Source: a virus (lineage: Duplodnaviria; Caudoviricetes). Taken from it: a stretch of 64,000 nucleotides of DNA. A program made the translations under genes and the position numbers. The stretch's first letter is position 1; the number at the start of each line of letters is the position of its first letter. The notes beneath the pieces were generated by a model, which worked only from the letters and a program-made list of their open reading frames with translations, was not told the origin of the DNA and made no database searches. Of this stretch, positions 9,895 to 19,439 are shown in pieces. The stretch covers positions 3,170-67,169 of the IMG/VR virus record IMGVR_UViG_2878918711_000001. The stretch is one strand, 5' to 3'.

Positions 9895-11264
9895 AAGTAG
9901 TCTCGCTGTTTTGTGGATGTGGTGGCATGGACTTAGGCGTGTTGGGCGGTTTCTCTTATCTTGGAAAAGAGTATAAGAAGAATCCGTTTGAAATTGTCTA
10001 CTCTGTTGACAACGACAATTACTGTACTCAAATATATAATGCCAACTTTGAGCATAAGTGCATCGTTAAAGATGTACGCGATATTGGCATCAACGAGATA
10101 CCAGACTTCGATATGCTTATTGGCGGTTTTCCTTGTCAGTCATTTTCTATTTCTGCACAAAATCCGCCACGCTTGGGATATAAGGACGAAAGGGGAATGC
10201 TCTTCTTTGAGATGGTAAAAATCTTAAAGGAGCGTCAACCTCGTTTCTTTATTGCAGAGAATGTCAAGGGATTACTCTCTGCTAATAAAGGGCAAGCCTT
10301 CCCTATGATTATGAGCGAGTTTAAGGCAGCTGGCTATACCGTTGTACATAAACTGCTCAATGCTTCGGAATATGGCGTTCCTCAAAAACGAGAGCGTGTC
10401 ATCATCATTGGTTTTCGGGATTTTGAAGACTACCATAAATTTTCCTATCCAGCAAAAGTCAAACAGGCAGACAGAAAGGTTTTGCGTGATGTCATTTCGC
10501 AAGAATCCGACACCGACGAATCATTATTCTTCAGTGAAAAGGCTGTTGCTGGCATGATGGCTGTTCGTCAAAAGATGAACAAAGGACGAGCCATGCAACT
10601 TGATGAGCCGTGTAATACGATAAGTGCACACCTTGCAAAAGTAAGCCTAAACAGCACAGACCCCGTCTATATGGTTGGTGAGCGTTACAGAAGATTCTCT
10701 TCTCGTGAGGCGGCACGTATACAGTCGTTCCCCGACACTTTCCTGTTTGATTCTGTGTCACAGATAAGACAATACAAGGCAATCGGTAATGCAGTGCCAC
10801 CAGTTATGATGTGGCACATAGCCCATACTCTTGTTAAATGTGTTTCAAAGCAAGCCCCCTTACCTTTAGTTCACAAATACCAAAGTTTAGAAGAGGAAGA
10901 AACAAATGGAGTATGGATTCAATTGTCCCTCTTTGAGCCGAAAGCTCTATACTTCTCAAAGCATAATCGAGGCACTTTGATTGCATATTGTAGCAAGACC
11001 GAAAACAAAAATATCTTCAGGCACATGCAGTTCAAATATGGAATTAGCGATTCTGACATAGAAGAGCATCCTGAATTGCTCAGTATTAGTCGCTTGGTTT
11101 TGCACGACAAGGAGCGAGTTATCGGCTACTATATTGTAGAGTCTGTTGGACTTGACAAAGCAAAAGGCACAAAGAGCAAGAAACCGTCTTTGGTGTATAT
11201 GTTAGAAGGGACAAATGAGCCTATTCCACATATTAGTAGTACAGACATAAACCTTGTGATATAA
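9882..11264 (+). CDS. DNA (cytosine-5) methyltransferase M2 with ~135-aa C-terminal extension
   Basis: Motifs FCGCGG, GFPCQSFS, ENV, QKRER, IGNAVP. Confidence 0.93.
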   Translation: MEKIKVVSLFCGCGGMDLGVLGGFSYLGKEYKKNPFEIVYSVDNDNYCTQIYNANFEHKCIVKDVRDIGINEIPDFDMLIGGFPCQSFSISAQNPPRLGYKDERGMLFFEMVKILKERQPRFFIAENVKGLLSANKGQAFPMIMSEFKAAGYTVVHKLLNASEYGVPQKRERVIIIGFRDFEDYHKFSYPAKVKQADRKVLRDVISQESDTDESLFFSEKAVAGMMAVRQKMNKGRAMQLDEPCNTISAHLAKVSLNSTDPVYMVGERYRRFSSREAARIQSFPDTFLFDSVSQIRQYKAIGNAVPPVMMWHIAHTLVKCVSKQAPLPLVHKYQSLEEEETNGVWIQLSLFEPKALYFSKHNRGTLIAYCSKTENKNIFRHMQFKYGISDSDIEEHPELLSISRLVLHDKERVIGYYIVESVGLDKAKGTKSKKPSLVYMLEGTNEPIPHISSTDINLVI

Positions 11265-11291
11265 AACAGATAGTACACCCTCTGTAACAAT

Positions 11292-12026
11292 ATGATAATA
11301 GTTACACTCATACCACTGCTAATTTTCTTCGCAATCCTTTACCTTCGTTTCAACAAAGGTAAGATTGCAGAGAAAATGGTGCATCATAAGCTAATGCAAC
11401 TACCTGAAGAGTATCATGTCATAGACAATGTTCTCTTCATGAGCAATGGTAGGTCAACACAAATTGATCATATTGTGGTATCACCCTATGCCGTGTTTGT
11501 AATTGAGACCAAAGGCTATAAAGGTTGGATTTTCGGTGGGGAGAGCACCGAATATTGGACGCAAAGCATATACGGACACAAGTCAACCTTTTACAGCCCA
11601 CTTCTGCAAAATGATGGCCATGTGCGTTTCTTGAAGTTCATGCTGAAAGATTTAGGGAACATTCCATTTATTCCGATTGTGTGCTTCAACAACAAGGCAG
11701 AACTGAAGGTAAATGTTAACACCCATATTGTGGTGAATCGTTGCTGCTTAAAAGATGCAATTTTGCAATATAAAATTCCTGCAATTAGCCAAGAGATTAA
11801 AGAGAAAATTATTAGTATCATTGAGAGCAATAGCAAGACTTTGGAAAAAGGTGCTACATGCGAACACAAGTACAATGCACTTCGCAAGCAATACGATAGC
11901 CAAAATAAAATCCAACACGGTGTATGCCCAAGGTGCGGAGGACGACTTGTAGAAAGGCAAGGTAGATACGGATGTTTCTTTGGGTGTTCTAACTATCCAA
12001 AGTGCAAGTTTACATCTAACCGTTAA
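11292..12026 (+). CDS. Membrane-anchored NERD nuclease-related protein with C4 zinc ribbon
   Basis: N-terminal TM helix; 'TQIDHIVVSPYAVFVIETK'; C-terminal 'CPRCGG..GRYGCFFGCSNYPKC'. Confidence 0.85.
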   Translation: MIIVTLIPLLIFFAILYLRFNKGKIAEKMVHHKLMQLPEEYHVIDNVLFMSNGRSTQIDHIVVSPYAVFVIETKGYKGWIFGGESTEYWTQSIYGHKSTFYSPLLQNDGHVRFLKFMLKDLGNIPFIPIVCFNNKAELKVNVNTHIVVNRCCLKDAILQYKIPAISQEIKEKIISIIESNSKTLEKGATCEHKYNALRKQYDSQNKIQHGVCPRCGGRLVERQGRYGCFFGCSNYPKCKFTSNR

Positions 12027-12036
12027 TAAAAATATT

Positions 12037-13419
12037 ATGGTTGATACAACAGATTTTATTCGATCAAGAATATCTGATCATTATGGAATTCCCTTGTTAC
12101 AAAGCAAGGTAGACTTCGCTATCCCATATATGGACGAAGATATACCTCTATATGTTGACCCATTTCTCTTGTGGAAGTCACCATCACAAATGGATAACGG
12201 ACAACATTTATCGGTGATTACCGCATTCAATGAATTGGGGCGAATGTATTTGGACGATAAGCAAGATAAAGCTATTGAGACCTTAATTTATCTCAGTGAA
12301 TGCGCTGAGGTTGGATTAGGCACATCGAACAAGCGTATGGGGCGGCCTATCTCAACGGCAAAAGCAAAAGAAGTTCTTGACTTGTTTCAGGCAATTACCC
12401 AAGTGTCGCAGTTGGGATTTAAGCATATTGAGCAGATACAGTTACTGGTACAGGACTTTTCTAAAGATAGGATTAGTGATATTGCGTGTTCTCTGATGAA
12501 ATCCTTCCTCATTGACTACACAATACAAGAGTGTAAAAAGTATGGCATACCTCTCAGTTTGTCTAAAATATCGTATTATGACACGAAAAAGAAGAGCATA
12601 GTTGAAGAAACAACAAATTTGCCAATCAACGAAAAAACGGAACAAAGCATTCTGTTTGTACCCAAGCGTTGGCTGAGGTTTTCACCGTGGCTAAACTATG
12701 ACAGCTACTATAAGGACTATATTATTGCTGATATAAATAAGGAATATGACGGCATTAAAAATCGCATCCAAATACTGGAGTATAATAGGCATCATTTCGA
12801 CCAAGTAGAAAAATACATTTCCATTAAGGAACTTGCAAAAGATGATTGCAAGAACGACCCTCTGTTCTCAAAAATAAGCAAAGAATCTGCAAGAAGGAAA
12901 GTCTGTTCTATTACAAAAATAGATACAGGCAAGAAAAACAATGCAGATAAAAAATATGAGGAATTGATGGGGCAGGTCTTGACTTCTTTACTATATCCTC
13001 ATTTGGATTTTGCACAAGAACAGAGTAGAATTGAGTCAGGAACCCAAATCCGTGATTTAATCTTCTACAACAACATCGACACTGACTTCCTCAAAGAACT
13101 GTACGATGTGTATGATTGCCGACAAATTGTTGTGGAATTGAAAAATGTTCACTCGATAGAACGAGAACATATCAATCAGCTCAATCGTTACATGTCTGGA
13201 AATTTTGGACGTTTTGGCATTCTTTTTACAAGGAACAAACCTTCAAAACAAATGCTTCAAAACACAATAGACCTTTGGTCAGGACAACGGCGCTGTATTT
13301 TGATAATGACAGACGATGATTTGAAGTTAATGCAGAATATCAATTCCAATGAGCAAAGGAAGCCAATTGAAGTTATTAAAAAGAAATATGTTGAATTTAC
13401 AAGATTGTGTCCGAATTAA
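12037..13419 (+). CDS. Uncharacterised protein with C-terminal restriction-endonuclease-like domain
   Basis: 'YEE...QIRDLIFYN...VVELKN..EREHINQLNRYM'; start placed at ATG 12037, after the NERD stop. Confidence 0.65.
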   Translation: MVDTTDFIRSRISDHYGIPLLQSKVDFAIPYMDEDIPLYVDPFLLWKSPSQMDNGQHLSVITAFNELGRMYLDDKQDKAIETLIYLSECAEVGLGTSNKRMGRPISTAKAKEVLDLFQAITQVSQLGFKHIEQIQLLVQDFSKDRISDIACSLMKSFLIDYTIQECKKYGIPLSLSKISYYDTKKKSIVEETTNLPINEKTEQSILFVPKRWLRFSPWLNYDSYYKDYIIADINKEYDGIKNRIQILEYNRHHFDQVEKYISIKELAKDDCKNDPLFSKISKESARRKVCSITKIDTGKKNNADKKYEELMGQVLTSLLYPHLDFAQEQSRIESGTQIRDLIFYNNIDTDFLKELYDVYDCRQIVVELKNVHSIEREHINQLNRYMSGNFGRFGILFTRNKPSKQMLQNTIDLWSGQRRCILIMTDDDLKLMQNINSNEQRKPIEVIKKKYVEFTRLCPN

Positions 13420-13431
13420 AATAGTATTAGA

Positions 13432-13812
13432 ATGACAAAAGAAGAAATTTTGAAGTTCGATAAGACTGCAACTCAGTTGCAAGCCTTACATGACGAAGTT
13501 GCCGTACTGGTCAAAAAAGACCCCAGGGCAGAAGTTAATGAGTTCAAACTTAAACTTATCAACAAGGTACTTGTAACAGCAAATGACATCCTTGGAGATA
13601 TGAAACCTTTTGACGGTTTTGAAGTGTTTGATATAGATGCTTTGCCTAACAATGGAGATGTTGCAATGATTATCAGCCAATATATCAATTGCATGGAAGA
13701 ACTGAGAAAAGATAATGTTCATATGTTTTCAGGACGTTGGTATTGGAATGTCGATGGTAATAAAGAAAAGAATGACATCATGACATACATGCCTCTTAAA
13801 TATCAAAAATGA
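13432..13812 (+). CDS. Hypothetical protein, paralog A of tandem pair
   Basis: 126 aa; shares motifs with the next ORF. Confidence 0.75.
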   Translation: MTKEEILKFDKTATQLQALHDEVAVLVKKDPRAEVNEFKLKLINKVLVTANDILGDMKPFDGFEVFDIDALPNNGDVAMIISQYINCMEELRKDNVHMFSGRWYWNVDGNKEKNDIMTYMPLKYQK

Positions 13813-14174
13813 TGAATAAGGTATCTAAAGAAAAAGTTGAACTATATGAGGTCGTTCGTCCTCTCCTACATTCAGCATATTCCGAAGTAAAAGTTATGTC
13901 TGGTAAAAAGCAATCGGAACAGCTCAACCTCAACAAAGTCAAGATTATCAATAAATTGTTAGACAAAGTTTTGATTCTGCTGAAGGACGAACTTACAATC
14001 GAATTCCTTCAAAAACTGGATGAAGATGATTTGCCGACAAACAGCGATGCAGTTTTAATACTATCCCAATCTTTGTCCGCTATGGATCAGTTCCATTCAA
14101 AGTATTTCCATTCTGATGAATGGGAAGCATTCCGCACAGGAAAATGGCAGACAGAAGATGATGAGGAGGAGTAA
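13809..14174 (+). CDS. Hypothetical protein, paralog B of tandem pair
   Basis: 121 aa; ATGA overlap with paralog A. Confidence 0.75.
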   Translation: MMNKVSKEKVELYEVVRPLLHSAYSEVKVMSGKKQSEQLNLNKVKIINKLLDKVLILLKDELTIEFLQKLDEDDLPTNSDAVLILSQSLSAMDQFHSKYFHSDEWEAFRTGKWQTEDDEEE

Positions 14175-14229
14175 ATCTTCACTATATGCACAAATAAATG
14201 TTTTTTCTTGTGCATAGTTCACTATACAA

Positions 14230-14277
14230 GCAGACTTTGGATCCGCCCAGTGCGGCACCAAGGTCTGCTTTCTTTTT
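14230..14277 (+). terminator. Intrinsic terminator ending the cargo operon
   Basis: gcagactttgg..ccaaggtctgc stem with inner ccgc/gcgg, followed by tttcttttt. Confidence 0.65.
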
Positions 14278-14907
14278 ATCGGTAGTCGCTTTGCTTTGGC
14301 GGACACTCTCGCCAGTGGTAGGCTACCGCCCATTTTCTATATGCCAGAGGGAGGAGGGAGTGCGCCACCGTTGGGGCTTGAAGTGGTAGGTGTAATCGAC
14401 CTCGCACGGTGGTTGGCGGTTGCTGGTATTCGTGCTTGCTGTGGGGCTGCGACCGTGTAGCTTGTGCCGTGGTGATGACACGGAACCAAAGTTTGTTCTT
14501 ACGAGGGAGAGTGTTTGCTGGAAGTAAATGAGAGACTGAATTTAGCGAACAGAGGCTTATTTTCCCTTCACAAAGTTAGGTTGCTACCCTTGGTGAAAAA
14601 TTAGACACGATTTCCTCTCAATATTTTTATAGATCTACACCTGTTCAGAATCTAATGTACGTGTAAGAGAAAATCACCAGAACAATCATAATGATTACTT
14701 ATAAACGGTATTTTTCCCGATATTGTTCACTTTATGAGTATGGTTTAAGTGTTTTTGATAGTCTCTGATTTCCCTATTTTCTCTTATATTTCCCACCATA
14801 TCCCTTTCACTTGGTAGAACATTAAAAGCCCTCTACTTTTGTATCGTCAGAGCTGACTGAAAGCCCTATGCGCAAGGGCAAGTTATTCATTTCAAAACGA
14901 TGGAATT

Positions 14908-15213
14908 ATGACAATAAAGGAATTATTGGGCAAGCCTGTGTGGCAGATGACTGGAGAAGAATTACTCTTCCTTGCACAACACGGCAATGTGTCCACGAGT
15001 GGAGAGGCTACAAAGGCTTCCTCCAAAGAAGAGAAGCGATATGTATATGGCTTGGCTGGCATTGCACGCCTCTTTGGGTGTAGTTTGCCTACAGCTAACC
15101 GTATAAAGCAGAGTGGTAAAATCAATCATGCCATTACACAAGTCGGTCGTAAGATTATTGTTGATGCTGACCTTGCACTGGAATTGGCAGGACGAAAGAC
15201 AGGAGGAAGATGA
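14908..15213 (+). CDS. DUF3853-family excisionase-like protein
   Basis: 'KPVWQMTGEE..YVYGLAGIARLFGCSLPTANRIKQSG'. Confidence 0.85.
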   Translation: MTIKELLGKPVWQMTGEELLFLAQHGNVSTSGEATKASSKEEKRYVYGLAGIARLFGCSLPTANRIKQSGKINHAITQVGRKIIVDADLALELAGRKTGGR

Positions 15214-16262
15214 TGAACACGACTGATTATGAAAACATTTGGAAAGCGTCGCTCATTCACGTTACGGACGAGTTCTCGCTTCCTCCTGTTGTACTGCAAG
15301 CAGGTGAAGCCATTATTGGCACACTGGGGAACTTCAGTGTATCGACAGGTAAGGCAAAAGCCAAGAAGACTTTCAATGTGAGTGCCATCGTTGCAGCAGC
15401 CCTTGTCAATGGGCAGGTGCTGGAATATCAGGCATCATTCCCAGAAAGTAAACGCACTATTCTTTACTTTGACACGGAACAAAGTCCTTATCATTGCCAA
15501 CTTGTGATGCAACGTATTTTGAGATTGGCAAAACTGCCAATAGACAAGGAACCGCAGAATTTGAAGTTCAGTCATCTTAGAGCCATTGCTGACCCTAATG
15601 AACGCAGAAAAATTATTCGTTATGCCATTTACAATACACCCAATGTGGGTTTGGTGGTCATTGACGGCATTCGAGATTTGATGCTCGACATCAACAACTC
15701 AACGGAGGCTACCAAGTTGGTGGGCGACCTGATGCAATGGACGAGTGAACAGAATATTCACATTCAGACCGTGCTTCACCTCAACAAAGGAGACGACAAC
15801 GCACGAGGACATATCGGCACGGAACTCAACAACAAGGCAGAGACCGTCCTACAAATCACGAAGGATAGTACGCTACCCGAGCGAAGCATCGTTGCTCCAG
15901 CCATCATTCGCTCCAAGCCTTTCAACAAATTTGCTTTTCGGCTCAAGGAAATGGAAGATGAGGTGTGCATTCCTGAAATAGACCTCTCGTATTCGGATAA
16001 TGAACGGAAGCCACATCGCTTCTCCTATCAAGAGTTAAGCACTAACGAACATCGCAAAGCATTGGCACAAGCCTTTGCTTCAAGCAAAGTCCTGCCCTAT
16101 GGCGGACTTATCGTGGCACTCAAGAAGGTTTATGCAGAGGTTGTGGGACAATCCTATGGGCAAACCAAACTCAAAGAACTCTTGCAGTTTTTGCTCAACA
16201 AAGACATACTGATAAAGGAAGAACGAGGGAAATATCGGCTCAACCGAGATAATCAACCCTAA
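15210..16262 (+). CDS. AAA_25-like ATPase of mobilizable elements
   Basis: Walker A-like GKAKAKKT; FDTEQ; VVIDG. Confidence 0.8.
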   Translation: MMNTTDYENIWKASLIHVTDEFSLPPVVLQAGEAIIGTLGNFSVSTGKAKAKKTFNVSAIVAAALVNGQVLEYQASFPESKRTILYFDTEQSPYHCQLVMQRILRLAKLPIDKEPQNLKFSHLRAIADPNERRKIIRYAIYNTPNVGLVVIDGIRDLMLDINNSTEATKLVGDLMQWTSEQNIHIQTVLHLNKGDDNARGHIGTELNNKAETVLQITKDSTLPERSIVAPAIIRSKPFNKFAFRLKEMEDEVCIPEIDLSYSDNERKPHRFSYQELSTNEHRKALAQAFASSKVLPYGGLIVALKKVYAEVVGQSYGQTKLKELLQFLLNKDILIKEERGKYRLNRDNQP

Positions 16263-16266
16263 AACC

Positions 16267-16374
16267 TTTGGTCGGTCGGACACAGGCTATATATACCTGA
16301 ACCAATCCGACCAAATAGAAATAAGTTTGGTCAGTCACAAATGGATGCCTATAGTGTACGACCGTCCGACCGAA
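16267..16374. repeat. GGTCGG/CCGACC direct and inverted repeats (candidate replication origin)
   Basis: tttggtcggtcgga, tccgaccaaa, ttggtcagtc and cgaccgtccgaccgaa between the ATPase and primase genes. Confidence 0.45.
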
Positions 16375-16442
16375 CAAGAATCAACCAGCCTCCAAAAGAA
16401 AAAGGCTGGGGCTATATCCTTTCAACTTAAAACAAGATCACA

Positions 16443-17324
16443 ATGGAAATACAACATATCAAGCAAATCGCAATTACAGATTATTTGCAACAACAGGGTT
16501 ATGCGCCAGCACGAGTACAAGGCATTCACTATTGGTACTACTCTCCGCTGCGCAATGAGCGCACACCATCCTTCAAAGTCAATACAGAGCGCAACCAGTG
16601 GTACGACTTCGGCTCGGGCGAACATGGAGACATCATCGACCTTGTATGCGCTTTACATCGTTGCACTATCAGCGAAGCCATCAGGCTTTTGAGTGGTGCT
16701 AAACAAGTAGCGCATCAAGAATTTTCTTTTGGCGGTAAGAGAAAATTCTCTGGGCGCAAGTTGGAAATCCTCTCAGCACAACCGCTTTCCAATCCTAATT
16801 TGCTTCGCTATCTCACAGCGCGTGCCATTCCCCTTACCGTAGCCAATTCCTACTGCTCGGAAGTTCTATTCCAAAACATGAAACGGACATACTATGCCAT
16901 TGGATTTGCAAACGATGCTTTGGGATGGGAAATCCGCAATATGTATTTCAAAGGATGTATCGCCCCGAAGGCTATTACAACGATTAAAAGAGGAACCGGC
17001 CGCCTACAAATCTTTGAGGGATTTATGGATTTTCTCTCGTGGCAAGTGCTAAATCCTTCTTCAACCTCCGATGCCATCGTTCTCAACTCTCTGGCTCTTT
17101 TGCCACGCATTAAAGAACAGATTGCGGGCTATCGAGAAGTGGAAAGTTTTCTGGATAATGACGATGCAGGGCGTAAATCTTTTGCCGTTTTGAAGCAAAT
17201 CTTTCCACAAATCGTTGATGGCGCTACACGCTACCCAGAGCACAAAGACCTCAACGAATGGCTCGTTGCCCAATCCAAAGTGAAAGAAAAACTACCGACC
17301 ACGAAGCGTGGTATCAGGAGATAG
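16443..17324 (+). CDS. DNA primase (CHC2-like N-terminus plus Toprim)
   Basis: 'SPLRNERTPSF..WYDFGSGEHGDIID'; 'FEGFMDFLS'; 'LDNDDAG'. Confidence 0.85.
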   Translation: MEIQHIKQIAITDYLQQQGYAPARVQGIHYWYYSPLRNERTPSFKVNTERNQWYDFGSGEHGDIIDLVCALHRCTISEAIRLLSGAKQVAHQEFSFGGKRKFSGRKLEILSAQPLSNPNLLRYLTARAIPLTVANSYCSEVLFQNMKRTYYAIGFANDALGWEIRNMYFKGCIAPKAITTIKRGTGRLQIFEGFMDFLSWQVLNPSSTSDAIVLNSLALLPRIKEQIAGYREVESFLDNDDAGRKSFAVLKQIFPQIVDGATRYPEHKDLNEWLVAQSKVKEKLPTTKRGIRR

Positions 17325-17330
17325 TGTTTA

Positions 17331-17399
17331 GCAGGGAAGCAGGGAAGCAAGTTTGTGTTTTGAGTATCTCAAAACCTACTTGCTCCCACCATTGGGAGG
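17331..17399. promoter_or_regulatory. Probable oriT
   Basis: gcagggaa x2, nested IRs agcaagt/acttgct and gttttgag/ctcaaaac, then ctccc/gggag; directly upstream of mobC-relaxase. Confidence 0.55.
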
Positions 17400-17434
17400 T
17401 AAAAATCCCGTTGGTCTCATCAAAAAATAAGAAT

Positions 17435-17782
17435 ATGGAACAGAAGAATAAAGGTGGGCGACCCACCAAGACTTTATCAGAGAAACGAAGATACCAAGTA
17501 CTTCTACGACTCAACACAATGGAGTACTACACCCTGTTGGGCAAAGCACGAGAAGCCTCTATTACTCGTACCGAGTTTTTGCGACAGCTCATCACAAAAG
17601 CAGAAGTCAAGGCACGCATCAAACCCGAAGAGATGCAACTCATCCGCACAGTCTCGGGTATGGCAAACAATCTCAATCAGATAGCCCATCGACTCAATGC
17701 CTTTGGCATTTATGCACTCAATGAAGACTTGAATGCACTCAAAGTCCTCATCCATGAACTCATCAAACGCTTGAAACCATGA
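17435..17782 (+). CDS. MobC-type relaxosome accessory protein
   Basis: 'KGGRP...ANNLNQIAH' motif; start moved to ATG 17435. Confidence 0.85.
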   Translation: MEQKNKGGRPTKTLSEKRRYQVLLRLNTMEYYTLLGKAREASITRTEFLRQLITKAEVKARIKPEEMQLIRTVSGMANNLNQIAHRLNAFGIYALNEDLNALKVLIHELIKRLKP

Positions 17783-18702
17783 TAGCCAAGATTATCAAAG
17801 GTGCAGACTTCGGAGGAGTTATCAATTATATGCTTAGCAAAGAGAAAGGAAAAGCTAAGGTTTTAGCGAGTAATAACATTGGTTTTATCGACCAAAACCT
17901 ATGCGCCGACGAGTTCACTCTGCAAGCCTCTATGCGCCCGAACGTGCAGAAGCCTGTTTGCCACACGATACTCTCATTCTCAGCCAACGATGCCGATCAA
18001 CTAACAGACGATGTGATGATAAAGATTGCCAATGAGTATTTAGAGAAGATGGGCTATGGCAATACGCAGAGCCTTATCGTAAGGCACAGCGACCGCCAGC
18101 ATCCGCACTTGCACATTTGCATCAATCGCATTGGCAATGATGGCAAGGCTATCAGCGACTGCAACGAGAAATATCGCTCCACGAAGATTTGCCGAGAACT
18201 GACAGAGCGTTACGGTTTGACACTTGGCGAAGGTAAAAAGGCAGTAAATCGCCACCGACTGCGAGGTGAAGACAAGTTGCGCTATGAGATATTCGATGGA
18301 ATCAAAGCAGTTTTGCCCAAATCGAACAATTGGAAAGACTTTGTCACAGACTTAAACAAACAAGGCATTGCCACTCGTTTCAAGACGAAAGGCAATACGG
18401 ATGTTGTGCAAGGTATCATCTTCGAGAAAGACGGTTGCAGTTTCAGTGGCTCAAAGATAGACCGCTCCTGTTCTTTCTCACGCCTCAATGCAGAGATAGA
18501 GCGAAACATTCAGCAGGCGCAACAGCATCTACCGAAAGGGCCAATGGCACATTCGATAGATGAGAGCGGATTTGCAAGCGACTTATCCGATGCACTTGAC
18601 GAAATCTTTACGATGCCGATGCCCAGCGGAGGCGTAGACGTTGATGAACTCCGATTCCAAAAGAAACTTCGCAACAGAGCCAACCGCAAACGTAGAATTT
18701 AA
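17779..18702 (+). CDS. Relaxase (MOB-P type)
   Basis: 'INYM', 'HTILSFS' and HUH motif 'RHSDRQHPHLHI'. Confidence 0.9.
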   Translation: MIAKIIKGADFGGVINYMLSKEKGKAKVLASNNIGFIDQNLCADEFTLQASMRPNVQKPVCHTILSFSANDADQLTDDVMIKIANEYLEKMGYGNTQSLIVRHSDRQHPHLHICINRIGNDGKAISDCNEKYRSTKICRELTERYGLTLGEGKKAVNRHRLRGEDKLRYEIFDGIKAVLPKSNNWKDFVTDLNKQGIATRFKTKGNTDVVQGIIFEKDGCSFSGSKIDRSCSFSRLNAEIERNIQQAQQHLPKGPMAHSIDESGFASDLSDALDEIFTMPMPSGGVDVDELRFQKKLRNRANRKRRI

Positions 18703-18723
18703 TCACCTCAAAATTATAATCGT

Positions 18724-19383
18724 ATGAACAACGAAATAGCACCAGTTCTCGATATTCTCGAAGAACTCAAACAAGAATGCAAAGCCATCAGTAAAGCACA
18801 GGCAGAACTGCACACAGCTCTTGCAGAACAGCCTGCCAACTCAAAATCAGAGCGCACCACAACGCAAGAGACCGTACAAAATCATCTCTCCAAAGAGACG
18901 CAAGCTAAAATCAAAGAACACCAACTTTTTGTTTTGGAGGCACTCTCGCAGTCGAGCAAGAAACTCGACCCGAAGTTTGAATCCTTGCAGCAACTCATTA
19001 CTCAGCAACAAACATCCGTAGAATATAAGAACTACTCGCTATTCGCAGGCGTTCAATTAGCCGAACGCATACTACTTGGATTGGTTTGCGGACTGGTCGT
19101 GGTGAGTTGCTGGTTCTTCGCCATGGGAGCCAACCAACTGCAAACCTCCTCCGATTACGACCTCCGCTACCGCTATTTACGAATGCAAGGCAAAGCTACA
19201 AGCAAAGACTTCGTGCATCTCGACGGCCTTTTTGTCACGCATCGCAATCCCAAAGCCATTCAGCAGGTGCAGCAGAAGGTAGTCGATTATGAGCAAGCCC
19301 TGCAAAGGCAAGCAGAGCTGGTATTACAACAGGATAAAATCAAGCAAGAACAAAGAGAATTAAAGAAGCATTTGAAAAAATAG
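18724..19383 (+). CDS. Mobilization-associated membrane/coiled-coil protein
   Basis: One TM segment and 'DLRYRYLRM' motif, downstream of the relaxase. Confidence 0.6.
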   Translation: MNNEIAPVLDILEELKQECKAISKAQAELHTALAEQPANSKSERTTTQETVQNHLSKETQAKIKEHQLFVLEALSQSSKKLDPKFESLQQLITQQQTSVEYKNYSLFAGVQLAERILLGLVCGLVVVSCWFFAMGANQLQTSSDYDLRYRYLRMQGKATSKDFVHLDGLFVTHRNPKAIQQVQQKVVDYEQALQRQAELVLQQDKIKQEQRELKKHLKK

Positions 19384-19439
19384 CAATTACTCCAAGAAAT
19401 TGTTTTGTACAGCTTCTTGGAGTCTATATTTTGAATTTA

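Noticed and set aside
17258-17434. Upstream extension of mobC in the ORF track
   Set aside because: Overlaps the primase end and the probable oriT; ATG 17435 gives a typical MobC
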